Part shown: in pieces, positions 8,349 to 16,481 of the stretch
How the letters are laid out: every line of letters begins with the position of its first letter
Position numbering within the stretch: the stretch's first letter is position 1
From: a virus
Taxonomy: Duplodnaviria > Heunggongvirae > Uroviricota > Caudoviricetes
IMG/VR virus record: IMGVR_UViG_3300029543_000199
Length of the DNA: 25,859 bases
Strand: one strand, 5' to 3'
The notes under the pieces: generated by a model
Database searches by the model: none
Told to the model about the DNA's origin: nothing
The model's input: the letters and a program-made list of their open reading frames with translations, nothing else
Position numbers and translations under genes: made by a program

Positions 8349-8881
8349 AAGTTATCGCTATTTCTGGACATGCAAGGAATGGTAAAGATACGGTAGCTCA
8401 AATGCTGCAGAAGCAGCTCCGGGAAGATGGGTACACAGTTTTGATAACCCACTACGCAGATTTGTTGAAATACATATGTAAAACATTCTTCGAGTGGGAT
8501 GGAAGAAAAGATGAGAAAGGACGCTCTTTGCTTCAGTATGTTGGTACAGACGTTGTAAGAGCCAAGAACCCGGACTACTGGGTGGATTTCGTATCAGATA
8601 TTCTCAATTTATTTGATGGACGATGGGACTATGTAATTATTCCAGACACAAGGTTCCCGAACGAGTTCAACAGGTTAAAAGAAAGAGGATTCAACGCAGT
8701 TCATTTGAGAGTTGTCAGACCTGACTTTGTTAGTCAGCTTACGGAAAAACAGCAAACACATCCGTCAGAGACTGCTCTTAATGATATAACTCCAGATTAC
8801 TGTATTTATAATACTGGGGATTTAAAGGAACTAAACAATCGAGTTACTGACTGGTTAAAGGAGAAAGAATATGCAGAGTAA
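8345..8881 (+). CDS. Deoxynucleotide monophosphate kinase-like P-loop kinase
   Basis: ISGHARNGKDT, YADLLK, R.LLQ.VGT, IIPDTRFPNE, HPSETAL. Confidence 0.85.
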   Translation: MKVIAISGHARNGKDTVAQMLQKQLREDGYTVLITHYADLLKYICKTFFEWDGRKDEKGRSLLQYVGTDVVRAKNPDYWVDFVSDILNLFDGRWDYVIIPDTRFPNEFNRLKERGFNAVHLRVVRPDFVSQLTEKQQTHPSETALNDITPDYCIYNTGDLKELNNRVTDWLKEKEYAE

Positions 8882-9512
8882 AGAAAAAGGTTATTACGAC
8901 ATTGACATCGATATCGATGAGGCACTTGTAAAAATGGGAATGGTGGATGATATCTTCTACCTCAGAGACCTCAAACAGAGAAAGCTGTTCTTAACAGCAA
9001 ATATAGATCAGTTCTCTATTGGAGATATTACAAAACATATCATGCAGTACAACGCAGAGGATAAAGGTATTCCTACTGATGAACGCAAACCAATTCTTCT
9101 GTATGTAGCATCCAATGGGGGGGATGTCGATGCAGGCTTCGAGCTGATCGATACGATCCTTGCAAGCAAGACACCTGTTTACACAATCAATCTTGGTTAT
9201 CAGTACAGCATGGGATTTCTTATCGGACTTGCTGGTCATAAGAGATATGCAGCACAGAATGCAAAATTCCTTATGCATGATGGTTCAAATCTCATTTGGA
9301 ATTCTGGTGCTAAGGCTCAGGATCAGATGGAGTTCCAGAAACGCGTGGAGCAGAGAATCAAGCAGTATGTAATTGCTCGTAGCAATGTGACAAGCGAAGA
9401 ATACGATAGCAAATTACGTGTTGAATGGTATCTATTCGCAGATGAGGCAAAGGAGAAAGGATTCTGTGACCACATTTTAGGCGTGGATTGCGAATTAGAC
9501 GAGATTGTGTAG
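8871..9512 (+). CDS. clpP: ClpP-family protease subunit
   Basis: KPILLYVASNGG.V.AG, YSMG (catalytic Ser), FLMH (His), A.EA.E.G..D.I. Confidence 0.9.
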   Translation: MQSKEKGYYDIDIDIDEALVKMGMVDDIFYLRDLKQRKLFLTANIDQFSIGDITKHIMQYNAEDKGIPTDERKPILLYVASNGGDVDAGFELIDTILASKTPVYTINLGYQYSMGFLIGLAGHKRYAAQNAKFLMHDGSNLIWNSGAKAQDQMEFQKRVEQRIKQYVIARSNVTSEEYDSKLRVEWYLFADEAKEKGFCDHILGVDCELDEIV

Positions 9513-9523
9513 GAGGCAAACAT

Positions 9524-10354
9524 ATGGATAATGAATATCTTGGATTCAAGGAACTCGTAGTCACAGGAGAAGAGGTTAATGACCTCTTCAACCCTGAATC
9601 AGAAAACACTTTCGGATGCTTAAAGAACGAATATCTTATTGCATCCGATGAGAATGGAAATAATATTGGAATGTTCAAGTGTAATGGACATAGAGTAGAG
9701 AAAATTCCATATAAGGCAATCGATACCAGATTTGCCGGAAAGGTTAAAGCAAGAAACCCTCAGCAGGAGCTTGCCATCGATATGCTCTACGACGAGGATA
9801 CTACTGTAAAAATCATTGCAGGAAAGTTTGGAACAGGTAAAGACTTTCTGATGTGCTCTGCGGCAATCGATTTGTTGGAACATGATAAATTTGAGAAGAT
9901 TGTGTACGTTAGAAATAACATCGAAGTTAAAAACTCAAAGCCTATCGGTCATCTTCCAGGCTCTTACAATGAAAAGTTACTTCCATTCGCTATGCCGTTA
10001 GCTGACCACCTTGGCGGAGTTGATGGTCTTGAGCTGATGATTGGTCATGGGAAGATTGAGATTGTACATCTTGGATTTATCAGAGGTCGTGACATAAAGA
10101 ATTCCATCATCATTTGCTCTGAGGCAGAGAACATGACTAAAGAACATATACAGTTGCTTCTTGGTCGTGTCGGAGAGGGTTCCTCATTATGGATCAATGG
10201 AGACTTTAAACAGTGTGATGCGGAGGTATTCAGACAGAATAGTGGTCTGATGGTTGCTGTAGACAAGTTAAAAGGTCATCCAAGATTCGGATATGTGAAG
10301 CTTCTCAAAACAGAGCGTAGCGAAACAGCGGCTATGGCAGATTTGCTTGATTAG
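9524..10354 (+). CDS. phoH: PhoH-family ATPase
   Basis: Walker A GKFGTGKD, IGHLPG..EK..P, FIRGRDI, EAEN, RVGEGS, GD..Q.D, RS. Start placed at ATG 9524 after AGGAGG. Confidence 0.92.
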   Translation: MDNEYLGFKELVVTGEEVNDLFNPESENTFGCLKNEYLIASDENGNNIGMFKCNGHRVEKIPYKAIDTRFAGKVKARNPQQELAIDMLYDEDTTVKIIAGKFGTGKDFLMCSAAIDLLEHDKFEKIVYVRNNIEVKNSKPIGHLPGSYNEKLLPFAMPLADHLGGVDGLELMIGHGKIEIVHLGFIRGRDIKNSIIICSEAENMTKEHIQLLLGRVGEGSSLWINGDFKQCDAEVFRQNSGLMVAVDKLKGHPRFGYVKLLKTERSETAAMADLLD

Positions 10355-10365
10355 GAGGTAACTAG

Positions 10366-12591
10366 ATGATCGTAATGAAAAGAGATGGTCGTGAAGACCA
10401 GTATACAAAAACAAAAATACATACAGCTATTAGCAAGGCTATTGCAGAAGTAACAAACGGTGCAGGGGATAACTCCCTTGCTACCGTTATCACAAATCGT
10501 CTCGACTCAAGATATCGTAAAAGAAAACGTGCAATTTCGGTAGAAGAGATACAGGATGATATCGAAACAGAGCTTATGAAAGAACAGGCTTTCGATATTG
10601 CTAAAGCATATGTTAGATACAGATATCAGCATGAGATCAACAGAAATGGAAGCAGTATTGAAAGAAAGATACTTACAATCGTAGATGGAGTAAATGAGGA
10701 AGTGATTCAGGAGAATTCCAATAAGAATCCTACTATCTTATCTACGCAGAGGGACTATATGGCAGGAGAAGTCAGCAGGGAAATCACAAATAATACATTA
10801 CTCCCAAAAGATATTTTGAATGCACACGAAAAAGGACTGATTCATTTTCATGATTCCGATTACTTTGTTCAGAGAATGCCAAACTGCTGTTTGGTAAACA
10901 TCGAAGATATGCTACAAAACGGAACGGTAATATCGGATACGCTGATTGAAAAACCACACAGCTTTTCTACAGCTTGTAATGTAACAACACAAGCTGTTGC
11001 GCAGATTGCATCCAATCAGTATGGTGGTCAGAGTATTTCTCTTACACATCTTGCACCATTCGTTGATGTAAGTAGACAGAAAATACGGAAAGATGTTGAA
11101 GAAGAGATTGCCGCTTGTAACGGTGACATCAATAGCATTGATAGCATCGTTGAAAAGAGACTGAGAGACGAGATTAAGCGTGGCGTACAGACAATCCAGT
11201 ATCAGGTACTCACTCTGATGACCACAAATGGTCAGACACCATTTATTACTGTATTCATGTATCTCGGCGAAGCTAAAGACGAACGCACCAAAGAAGACCT
11301 CGCAATGATTATTGAAGAGGTTGTTCGTCAGAGAATTCAGGGTGTAAAAAATGAAAATGGAGCATGGATTACTCCGGCATTTCCGAAGCTGATTTACGTT
11401 CTTGAGGAAGATAATATTCATGAGGATAGTAAATACTGGTATCTGACAAAGCTTTGTGCTGAATGCTCTGTAAAGAGATTAGTTCCTGATTATATCTCAG
11501 AGAAAATGATGCTTCAGAATAAGGTTGATGTAAACGGAGATGGACATTGTTATCCTTGCATGGGATGCAGAAGTTTCCTTACACCGTATCTTGATGAGGG
11601 CGGAAATCCAAAATACTACGGCAGATTTAATCAGGGTGTTGTTACAATCAATCTTCCTGACGTAGGGTTGTCGGCTGTGAAGCAGATGGAAGGAATCACA
11701 TACATCGATGACGAGCAGTATCAGAAACACAAAGAAGAAATCTTCTGGACAATCTTTGAGGAAAGACTTGAGCTTTGCCATAGAGCACTTCGCTTACGAC
11801 ATGAGAGATTGCTTGGAACACTTTCTGATGCATCTCCAATCCATTGGCAGAATGGTGGTCTTGCGAGATTAAAGAAAGGAGAAACCATTGACAAGCTTCT
11901 GTACGGCGGATACTCCACATTGTCACTTGGATACGCAGGTTTATATGAATGTGTCAAAGCAATGACAGGAAAGAGCCATACAGACGATGAGGCGAAGCCT
12001 TTCGCATTAGCAATCATGCAGAAGATGAATGATAAGTGTGCTGAGTGGAAAGCAGCTGAGAATATTGACTATTCACTGTATGGTACGCCAATCGAATCGA
12101 CTACATATAAGTTTGCAAAATGCCTGCAATCACGATTTGGTGTGATCGAAGGAATTACTGATAAGAACTATATCACAAACAGCTATCATGTTCATGTCAC
12201 AGAGAAAATCAATGCTTTTGATAAACTGAGATTTGAGTCAGAGTTCCAGCAATTAAGTCCGGGCGGTGCTATCTCATACATTGAAACAGCAAATCTTAGC
12301 GACAATGTGGAAGCAGCTTTATCTGTTATCAAGTATATCTACTACCACATTATGTATGCAGAGCTTAATACAAAATCTGACTTCTGCCAGGAATGTGGAT
12401 ATGATGGAGAAATCCAGATTGTAGAGAACGATGATGGCAAGCTGATTTGGAAATGCCCGAACTGTGGAAACACAAATAGAACAAAGATGAATATCGCAAG
12501 ACGTACTTGCGGATACATTGGAGTAAACGATTTCAATCAGGGGCGTACACAGGAAATTAAAGAAAGATATGTTCATTTAGGCGGTGAATAA
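10366..12591 (+). CDS. nrdD: Anaerobic ribonucleoside-triphosphate reductase (class III) with ATP-cone
   Basis: VMKRDG ATP-cone, ENSNK, PNCCL, MGCRSFL, YITNSYHV, Zn-ribbon CQEC/CPNC, glycyl-radical motif RRTCGYIG. Confidence 0.97.
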   Translation: MIVMKRDGREDQYTKTKIHTAISKAIAEVTNGAGDNSLATVITNRLDSRYRKRKRAISVEEIQDDIETELMKEQAFDIAKAYVRYRYQHEINRNGSSIERKILTIVDGVNEEVIQENSNKNPTILSTQRDYMAGEVSREITNNTLLPKDILNAHEKGLIHFHDSDYFVQRMPNCCLVNIEDMLQNGTVISDTLIEKPHSFSTACNVTTQAVAQIASNQYGGQSISLTHLAPFVDVSRQKIRKDVEEEIAACNGDINSIDSIVEKRLRDEIKRGVQTIQYQVLTLMTTNGQTPFITVFMYLGEAKDERTKEDLAMIIEEVVRQRIQGVKNENGAWITPAFPKLIYVLEEDNIHEDSKYWYLTKLCAECSVKRLVPDYISEKMMLQNKVDVNGDGHCYPCMGCRSFLTPYLDEGGNPKYYGRFNQGVVTINLPDVGLSAVKQMEGITYIDDEQYQKHKEEIFWTIFEERLELCHRALRLRHERLLGTLSDASPIHWQNGGLARLKKGETIDKLLYGGYSTLSLGYAGLYECVKAMTGKSHTDDEAKPFALAIMQKMNDKCAEWKAAENIDYSLYGTPIESTTYKFAKCLQSRFGVIEGITDKNYITNSYHVHVTEKINAFDKLRFESEFQQLSPGGAISYIETANLSDNVEAALSVIKYIYYHIMYAELNTKSDFCQECGYDGEIQIVENDDGKLIWKCPNCGNTNRTKMNIARRTCGYIGVNDFNQGRTQEIKERYVHLGGE

Positions 12592-12593
12592 TA

Positions 12594-13103
12594 ATGTATT
12601 ACGGGAAGATAAGAAATTGTGATATTGCAAATGGTAAAGGTGTCCGTGTTAGCTTGTTTGTATCTGGGTGCAGAAACCATTGCAAGAACTGCTTTCAGCC
12701 GGAGACATGGGATTTCAAATATGGACAACCGTATACGGATGAGACGGAAGAATACATTATCCAGTTATTATCTGAACCGTATATTCAAGGTCTTACAATA
12801 CTCGGAGGGGAGCCGTTAGAACCGGAAAATCAACGCGGTTTAATACGACTCCTCCAAAGGGTCAAATCTGAATATCCAGAAAAAGATGTGTGGTGTTATA
12901 CCGGATATACACTTGAGCAGGCTATGACGGATGGGGCAAATTGCAGATGTGATGTGACGGATTCGTTACTATCTTTGATAGATGTGCTTGTCGATGGAAG
13001 ATTTGTTGAAGACCTAAAGGATATTACATTAGAGTTCAGAGGGTCTTCAAATCAAAGAATAATTAGCATGAAAGAGTGGAGGGAAAGCCTTGAAAAGAAA
13101 TAA
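12594..13103 (+). CDS. nrdG: Anaerobic RNR activating radical-SAM protein
   Basis: G.GVRVSLFVSGC, CRNHCKNC (CxxxCxxC), LGGEP, RGSSNQR; follows nrdD. Confidence 0.96.
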   Translation: MYYGKIRNCDIANGKGVRVSLFVSGCRNHCKNCFQPETWDFKYGQPYTDETEEYIIQLLSEPYIQGLTILGGEPLEPENQRGLIRLLQRVKSEYPEKDVWCYTGYTLEQAMTDGANCRCDVTDSLLSLIDVLVDGRFVEDLKDITLEFRGSSNQRIISMKEWRESLEKK

Positions 13104-13317
13104 AGAAATGAAGCTGTCAATAGCGTTGCATAGTGCAAAATACATTCTGACGGCAATATTTATTGCACTCAATCTCTTAGGAGTTGTGCATTGGTATTGG
13201 GTATGGATCGTATCTCCATTGTTGATATCACTTGCAATCAAAGTCATTCTTTTGCTTATACTCAGCTTCTTTGTATGTGCGCTGCCTAGATTGACTGAAA
13301 GGTGGGATAAAGAATGA
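13090..13317 (+). CDS. Small membrane protein (about two TM helices)
   Basis: Hydrophobic, with the HWYWVWIVSPL motif seen in small phage membrane proteins. Confidence 0.75.
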   Translation: MKRNKEMKLSIALHSAKYILTAIFIALNLLGVVHWYWVWIVSPLLISLAIKVILLLILSFFVCALPRLTERWDKE

Positions 13318-13742
13318 GACGATTGTTTATTATGAGAAAAGACCTAAATATGTCAACTGGAAAAATGATGGCTCAGGTAATGCATTGTGCCGAGGCATAT
13401 TGGACTTCAAAGATTCGTAGAGGTGATTTATATCACACAAAAGACGGTAAATATATGGCTCAGATGACAATGCCAGAAAGCGTATACAGAGATTATGTAT
13501 GCGGATCATTTACTAAGACCGTCTGTGAAGCAAGGAATAAGAATCAGCTGCTCAAAGCAAAAGACATCGCAGACGAACTCGGTCTAGTCGAGGATATCGA
13601 CTACGGATGCATATACGACAAATGCCTGACGGAGTTAGAACCGGAAGAGGATGACGGAACAACTCTGACTGGTATGTGGTTTTGTCCGTTAGATGATGAA
13701 ATAGCGCACAAGATAAGTAAAAAATATCAATTATATAAATAG
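13314..13742 (+). CDS. Peptidyl-tRNA hydrolase, Pth2 family
   Basis: MRKDLNMSTGKMMAQVMH N-terminal signature, FTKTV, D..LTE and GTT.T motifs of Pth2. Confidence 0.85.
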   Translation: MRRLFIMRKDLNMSTGKMMAQVMHCAEAYWTSKIRRGDLYHTKDGKYMAQMTMPESVYRDYVCGSFTKTVCEARNKNQLLKAKDIADELGLVEDIDYGCIYDKCLTELEPEEDDGTTLTGMWFCPLDDEIAHKISKKYQLYK

Positions 13743-13756
13743 GAAGGAACATTACA

Positions 13757-14203
13757 ATGGTAGAAATGAATATTAAAAAACTTAAAGCGGATGCAACTAT
13801 TCCAACGAAAGGTTCTGCTTGCGCAGCCGGACTTGATCTGTATGCTTATGTTGAAAGAGGAGCCGTGGATATTCCGGCAGGAGCTACAGTAAAAATCGGA
13901 ACTGGTATTGCAACAGAGATTCCGGACGGATGCTTCGGCGCTGTGTTCGCAAGAAGTGGTCTTGCAACAAAGAGAGGTCTGAGACCTTCAAATTGCGTAG
14001 GAGTTGTGGACTCAGATTACAGAGGAGAGGTCATTGTAGCACTGCATAATGACTCTGATAAATGTGAGACTATTCATCATGGAGATAGAATTGCTCAGCT
14101 TGTTATTATGCCGTATATTAGTGTTGACCTGCATGAAGTTGATGAGCTGTCAGATACGGACAGAGGTGCGGGAGGATTTGGTAGTACAGGAGTTTCGCTG
14201 TAG
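13757..14203 (+). CDS. dut: dUTPase (trimeric)
   Basis: AAGLDL, ARSGLA, GVVDSDYRGE, GDRIAQL, RGAGGFGSTG. Confidence 0.97.
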   Translation: MVEMNIKKLKADATIPTKGSACAAGLDLYAYVERGAVDIPAGATVKIGTGIATEIPDGCFGAVFARSGLATKRGLRPSNCVGVVDSDYRGEVIVALHNDSDKCETIHHGDRIAQLVIMPYISVDLHEVDELSDTDRGAGGFGSTGVSL

Positions 14204-14211
14204 AATATTAT

Positions 14212-14240
14212 GAGGTGGGCGCAAGCCCGCCTCTCTTTAT
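14212..14240 (+). terminator. GC-rich hairpin between dut and xis (probable weak intrinsic terminator)
   Basis: GAGGTGGGC-GCAA-GCCCGCCTC followed by TCTTTAT. Confidence 0.7.
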
Positions 14241-14255
14241 AAGGAGATATACATA

Positions 14256-14444
14256 ATGGAGAAAATATTGATGAGCCTCAAAGAGGTGTGCGAATACACC
14301 GGATGGGGAGAAACGAAGGTAAGAGAAATACTAAAAAGACCTAACAGCACATTTACTGTTATACTAGGCAACCGGTTATATGTTAATAAGAAGTTATTCG
14401 ATGAATACTTAAATCGATGCGCAAAATACCATATACCTATTTGA
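14256..14444 (+). CDS. xis: Excisionase / HTH DNA-binding protein
   Basis: 62 aa, LMSLKEVCEYTGWGETKVREIL...GNRLYVNKK.FDEYL; AAGGAG RBS; directly upstream of the integrase. Confidence 0.85.
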   Translation: MEKILMSLKEVCEYTGWGETKVREILKRPNSTFTVILGNRLYVNKKLFDEYLNRCAKYHIPI

Positions 14445-14530
14445 AACTGAGCAGTTGTATTTTTGCGTAAAATATTGTAATGTATATGTGTAAGTTGATG
14501 CTGTAGTCAATATAGAAAGGAATATTGATT

Positions 14531-15727
14531 ATGGGAAAAGACTTAAATGGTAAAGAACTTGGTAGAGGATTTAGTCAGAGAAAGGACGGTAGATACGAAG
14601 CCAGAGCCGTAATATGCGGCACAAAAATAGATATATATGACATGAATCTAGCAAAGCTGAGAAAGGATTTTGAAGCTGAAAAGGCTAGAGTGTTACGAGA
14701 CGAAAAGAATGTCAGACCTAATGTTACGTTTGGAGAATGGTACTTGGAATGGTTCCAGAAGTGTAAATCTCCTCAGCTTAAATCTGATGTAAGCAGGAAG
14801 ACGTATGACAGAAAAGTCAGAAATACTTACTGCAAGATACTTGGAGATAAGCGCATGGAGAACATATCGCAGATGAATATGCAAGCTGCTACAACAGAGC
14901 TGATCGAAAAAGGATATACTGATCGTTCAGTAAGAGAAGCTCTTGGAATTGTTAATGAGTGCATGGAAATTGCGATTGTGAACCATATCATCAATGTAAA
15001 TCCATGTGTGGGAATCAAAATCCAGAATGCAAACGAGCGCAGAGAACGTAGGGTTATGAAGCAATGGGAACAAGACCTGTTTTTAAAAGAGGTTGAAGGC
15101 AGATATTACTATGAGGCATACAAGATTCTGTTATTAACCGGAATGCGAATCGGAGAATTCTCCGGTCTGCAGTGGAGGGACATTGACTTCGAGAACAAGG
15201 TAATCAATATCAACAGATCCATGCAGACAGCATATATAGATGGAAGAAAAGTAGAAGAACTTACGACTCCAAAAACATCTAATTCATACAGAGCAATTCC
15301 GTTCTTTGGAGAGACAGAGGAATGTCTGAAGAGATGGAAGAAGAAACAGGATGAATACAAAAAGAGACTCGGCGATAGATGGAGAGCAAGACCTGAGCTT
15401 GGAGACCTGGTATTCACAAGCACCGTTGGTTCCCCTGTAACAAGATATGTTATCGTGCATGACATCAATAAGGTTGTACAGGATATCAATTTAAAAGAGA
15501 TTAGTAAAGCATTCCGAGAACATAGAGAACCAGTTGTATTTGAGCACTTGCATCCACATGCTTTTCGTCACACATTTGCAACACGTTGTTTTGAAAAAGG
15601 GCTTGACCCGTTATTCGTTCAGAGTATAATGGGACATGCAAGCTATTCAACTACAGTGTCATACACACATATATTAGACGATTTACGTCAAAGAGAGGTA
15701 GAAAAGGTTGGGAACTTCCTTGAATAG
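14531..15727 (+). CDS. int: Tyrosine recombinase/integrase with N-terminal arm-binding domain
   Basis: MGKDL.GKELG.G.SQRKDGRY N-terminus; TGMRIGE (R), TPKT (K), HAFRH (HxxR), MGH, Y. ATG at 14531 (alternative TTG at 14525). Confidence 0.96.
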   Translation: MGKDLNGKELGRGFSQRKDGRYEARAVICGTKIDIYDMNLAKLRKDFEAEKARVLRDEKNVRPNVTFGEWYLEWFQKCKSPQLKSDVSRKTYDRKVRNTYCKILGDKRMENISQMNMQAATTELIEKGYTDRSVREALGIVNECMEIAIVNHIINVNPCVGIKIQNANERRERRVMKQWEQDLFLKEVEGRYYYEAYKILLLTGMRIGEFSGLQWRDIDFENKVININRSMQTAYIDGRKVEELTTPKTSNSYRAIPFFGETEECLKRWKKKQDEYKKRLGDRWRARPELGDLVFTSTVGSPVTRYVIVHDINKVVQDINLKEISKAFREHREPVVFEHLHPHAFRHTFATRCFEKGLDPLFVQSIMGHASYSTTVSYTHILDDLRQREVEKVGNFLE

Positions 15728-15730
15728 CCA

Positions 15731-16195
15731 GTTGCGTAAAATGCAAATTGCGTTGAAATTGACGCATCTTCATTTGAGCAGGGCAAAAAATAGTTGCGTA
15801 AAAGTTGCGTAAGTTCTTAAATCATAATGCTGTAACATACTGATAAATAAGGACTTATAAAAATACTTCGCAATTCAGATGAACGCATAAGTACGTCGGC
15901 AAAGTCCGATGGAGGAACCACTGCAAGACCTTGAATTTACTGCATTTTAGGCGTGGTTTCGGAATAAGATGTAAGGTTGCGTACTTGTCATAAAGTATCA
16001 TAATTTATTGTAGATTATCAGAGGTTTTTGTGTCAGGTTTGCGTAAGGAATTGCGTCAATTGAAAAGACGACTTCCTTCAGCGAATTTTACGCATTTTTA
16101 TGACTATAAAGCAATCTCATGAATAAAGAGTGTGAATGAACATTGATTTGTTTTTCACACTCTTTTTTTGTGTGAAAATAGGTAAGTTGACGCAA
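15731..16195. repeat. Attachment region: array of TTGCGT(A/C)A arm-type integrase sites flanking a core
   Basis: Direct copies near 15732, 15748 (variant), 15794, 15805, 15977 (variant), 16028 (variant), 16039 and 16051. Inverted copies near 15759, 16087 and 16187. 11-12 bp tandem spacing. One further copy at 14463 upstream of int. Confidence 0.8.
16125..16169. terminator. Intrinsic terminator, possibly bidirectional, insulating the att region
   Basis: AAAGAGTGTGAA (16125-16136) / TTCACACTCTTT (16154-16165) perfect 12-bp stem followed by a T-run. Confidence 0.75.
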
Positions 16196-16329
16196 AATAC
16201 AAAGTGACGTATATATAGCACTAAGGAATCAGAGAAATCTGATCCGATAAAAATGAACGAAAGATGCCATATTGCTACAATCCAGAAAAATTTGAAAAAT
16301 TAATTTCTTGTAAATAACGAAGTAACCTA

Positions 16330-16360
16330 TTGACAAGACACAACCCAAATTAGGTAGAAT
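16330..16360 (+). promoter_or_regulatory. Candidate sigma-A promoter (TTGACA-N19-TAGAAT)
   Basis: Perfect -35 and 5/6 -10, but the spacer is 19 bp. Confidence 0.45.
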
Positions 16361-16372
16361 AGATTCAAAGAT

Positions 16373-16429
16373 AAGGATTGATAAATTTTCTTGGTAAAAA
16401 TACAGGGAAATGAATCAGTCCTTTTTTTT
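16373..16429 (+). terminator. Long hairpin + T-tract in the leader of the first gene of block 2
   Basis: AAGGATTGAT/ATCAGTCCTT outer stem and ATTTTCTTG/CAGGGAAAT inner stem (G-U pairs), then a run of 8 T. Confidence 0.65.
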
Positions 16430-16481
16430 GTTGGATTTTTTCGGGAAGAGGGCAAAAAAGCAGAGGTGAAGGAGGTAAAAC

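Larger units (their letters stand above)
1..15890 (+). mobile_element. Arm of a large temperate phage/prophage (replication + nucleotide metabolism + xis/int), continuing beyond the left window edge
   Basis: Dense co-oriented dnaB-dnaG-dnaE cluster with thyX, kinase, clpP, phoH, nrdDG and dut, interspersed with short hypotheticals and ending in xis-int and an att-like region. This gene order is phage-like, not chromosomal. Right boundary approximate. Confidence 0.85.

Noticed and set aside
8898..8918. DIDIDID repeat near the ClpP N-terminus
   Set aside because: Codons vary (GAC ATT GAC ATC GAT ATC GAT); a short low-complexity stretch, not a slippage tract.
2487..12591. Possible inteins or introns in dnaE, thyX or nrdD (common insertion targets)
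   Set aside because: Frames are continuous, lengths are ordinary, and no intein splice or homing-endonuclease motifs were seen.
15895..15920. Sequence ending in ...GGAACCA considered as a tRNA/tmRNA 3' end
   Set aside because: No T-loop (GTTCRA) or acceptor-stem pairing upstream.
15731..16195. Repeat cluster considered as a CRISPR array or iterons
   Set aside because: Repeats are only 8-11 bp, irregularly spaced, in both orientations and adjacent to an integrase; arm-type sites fit better and no cas genes are present.
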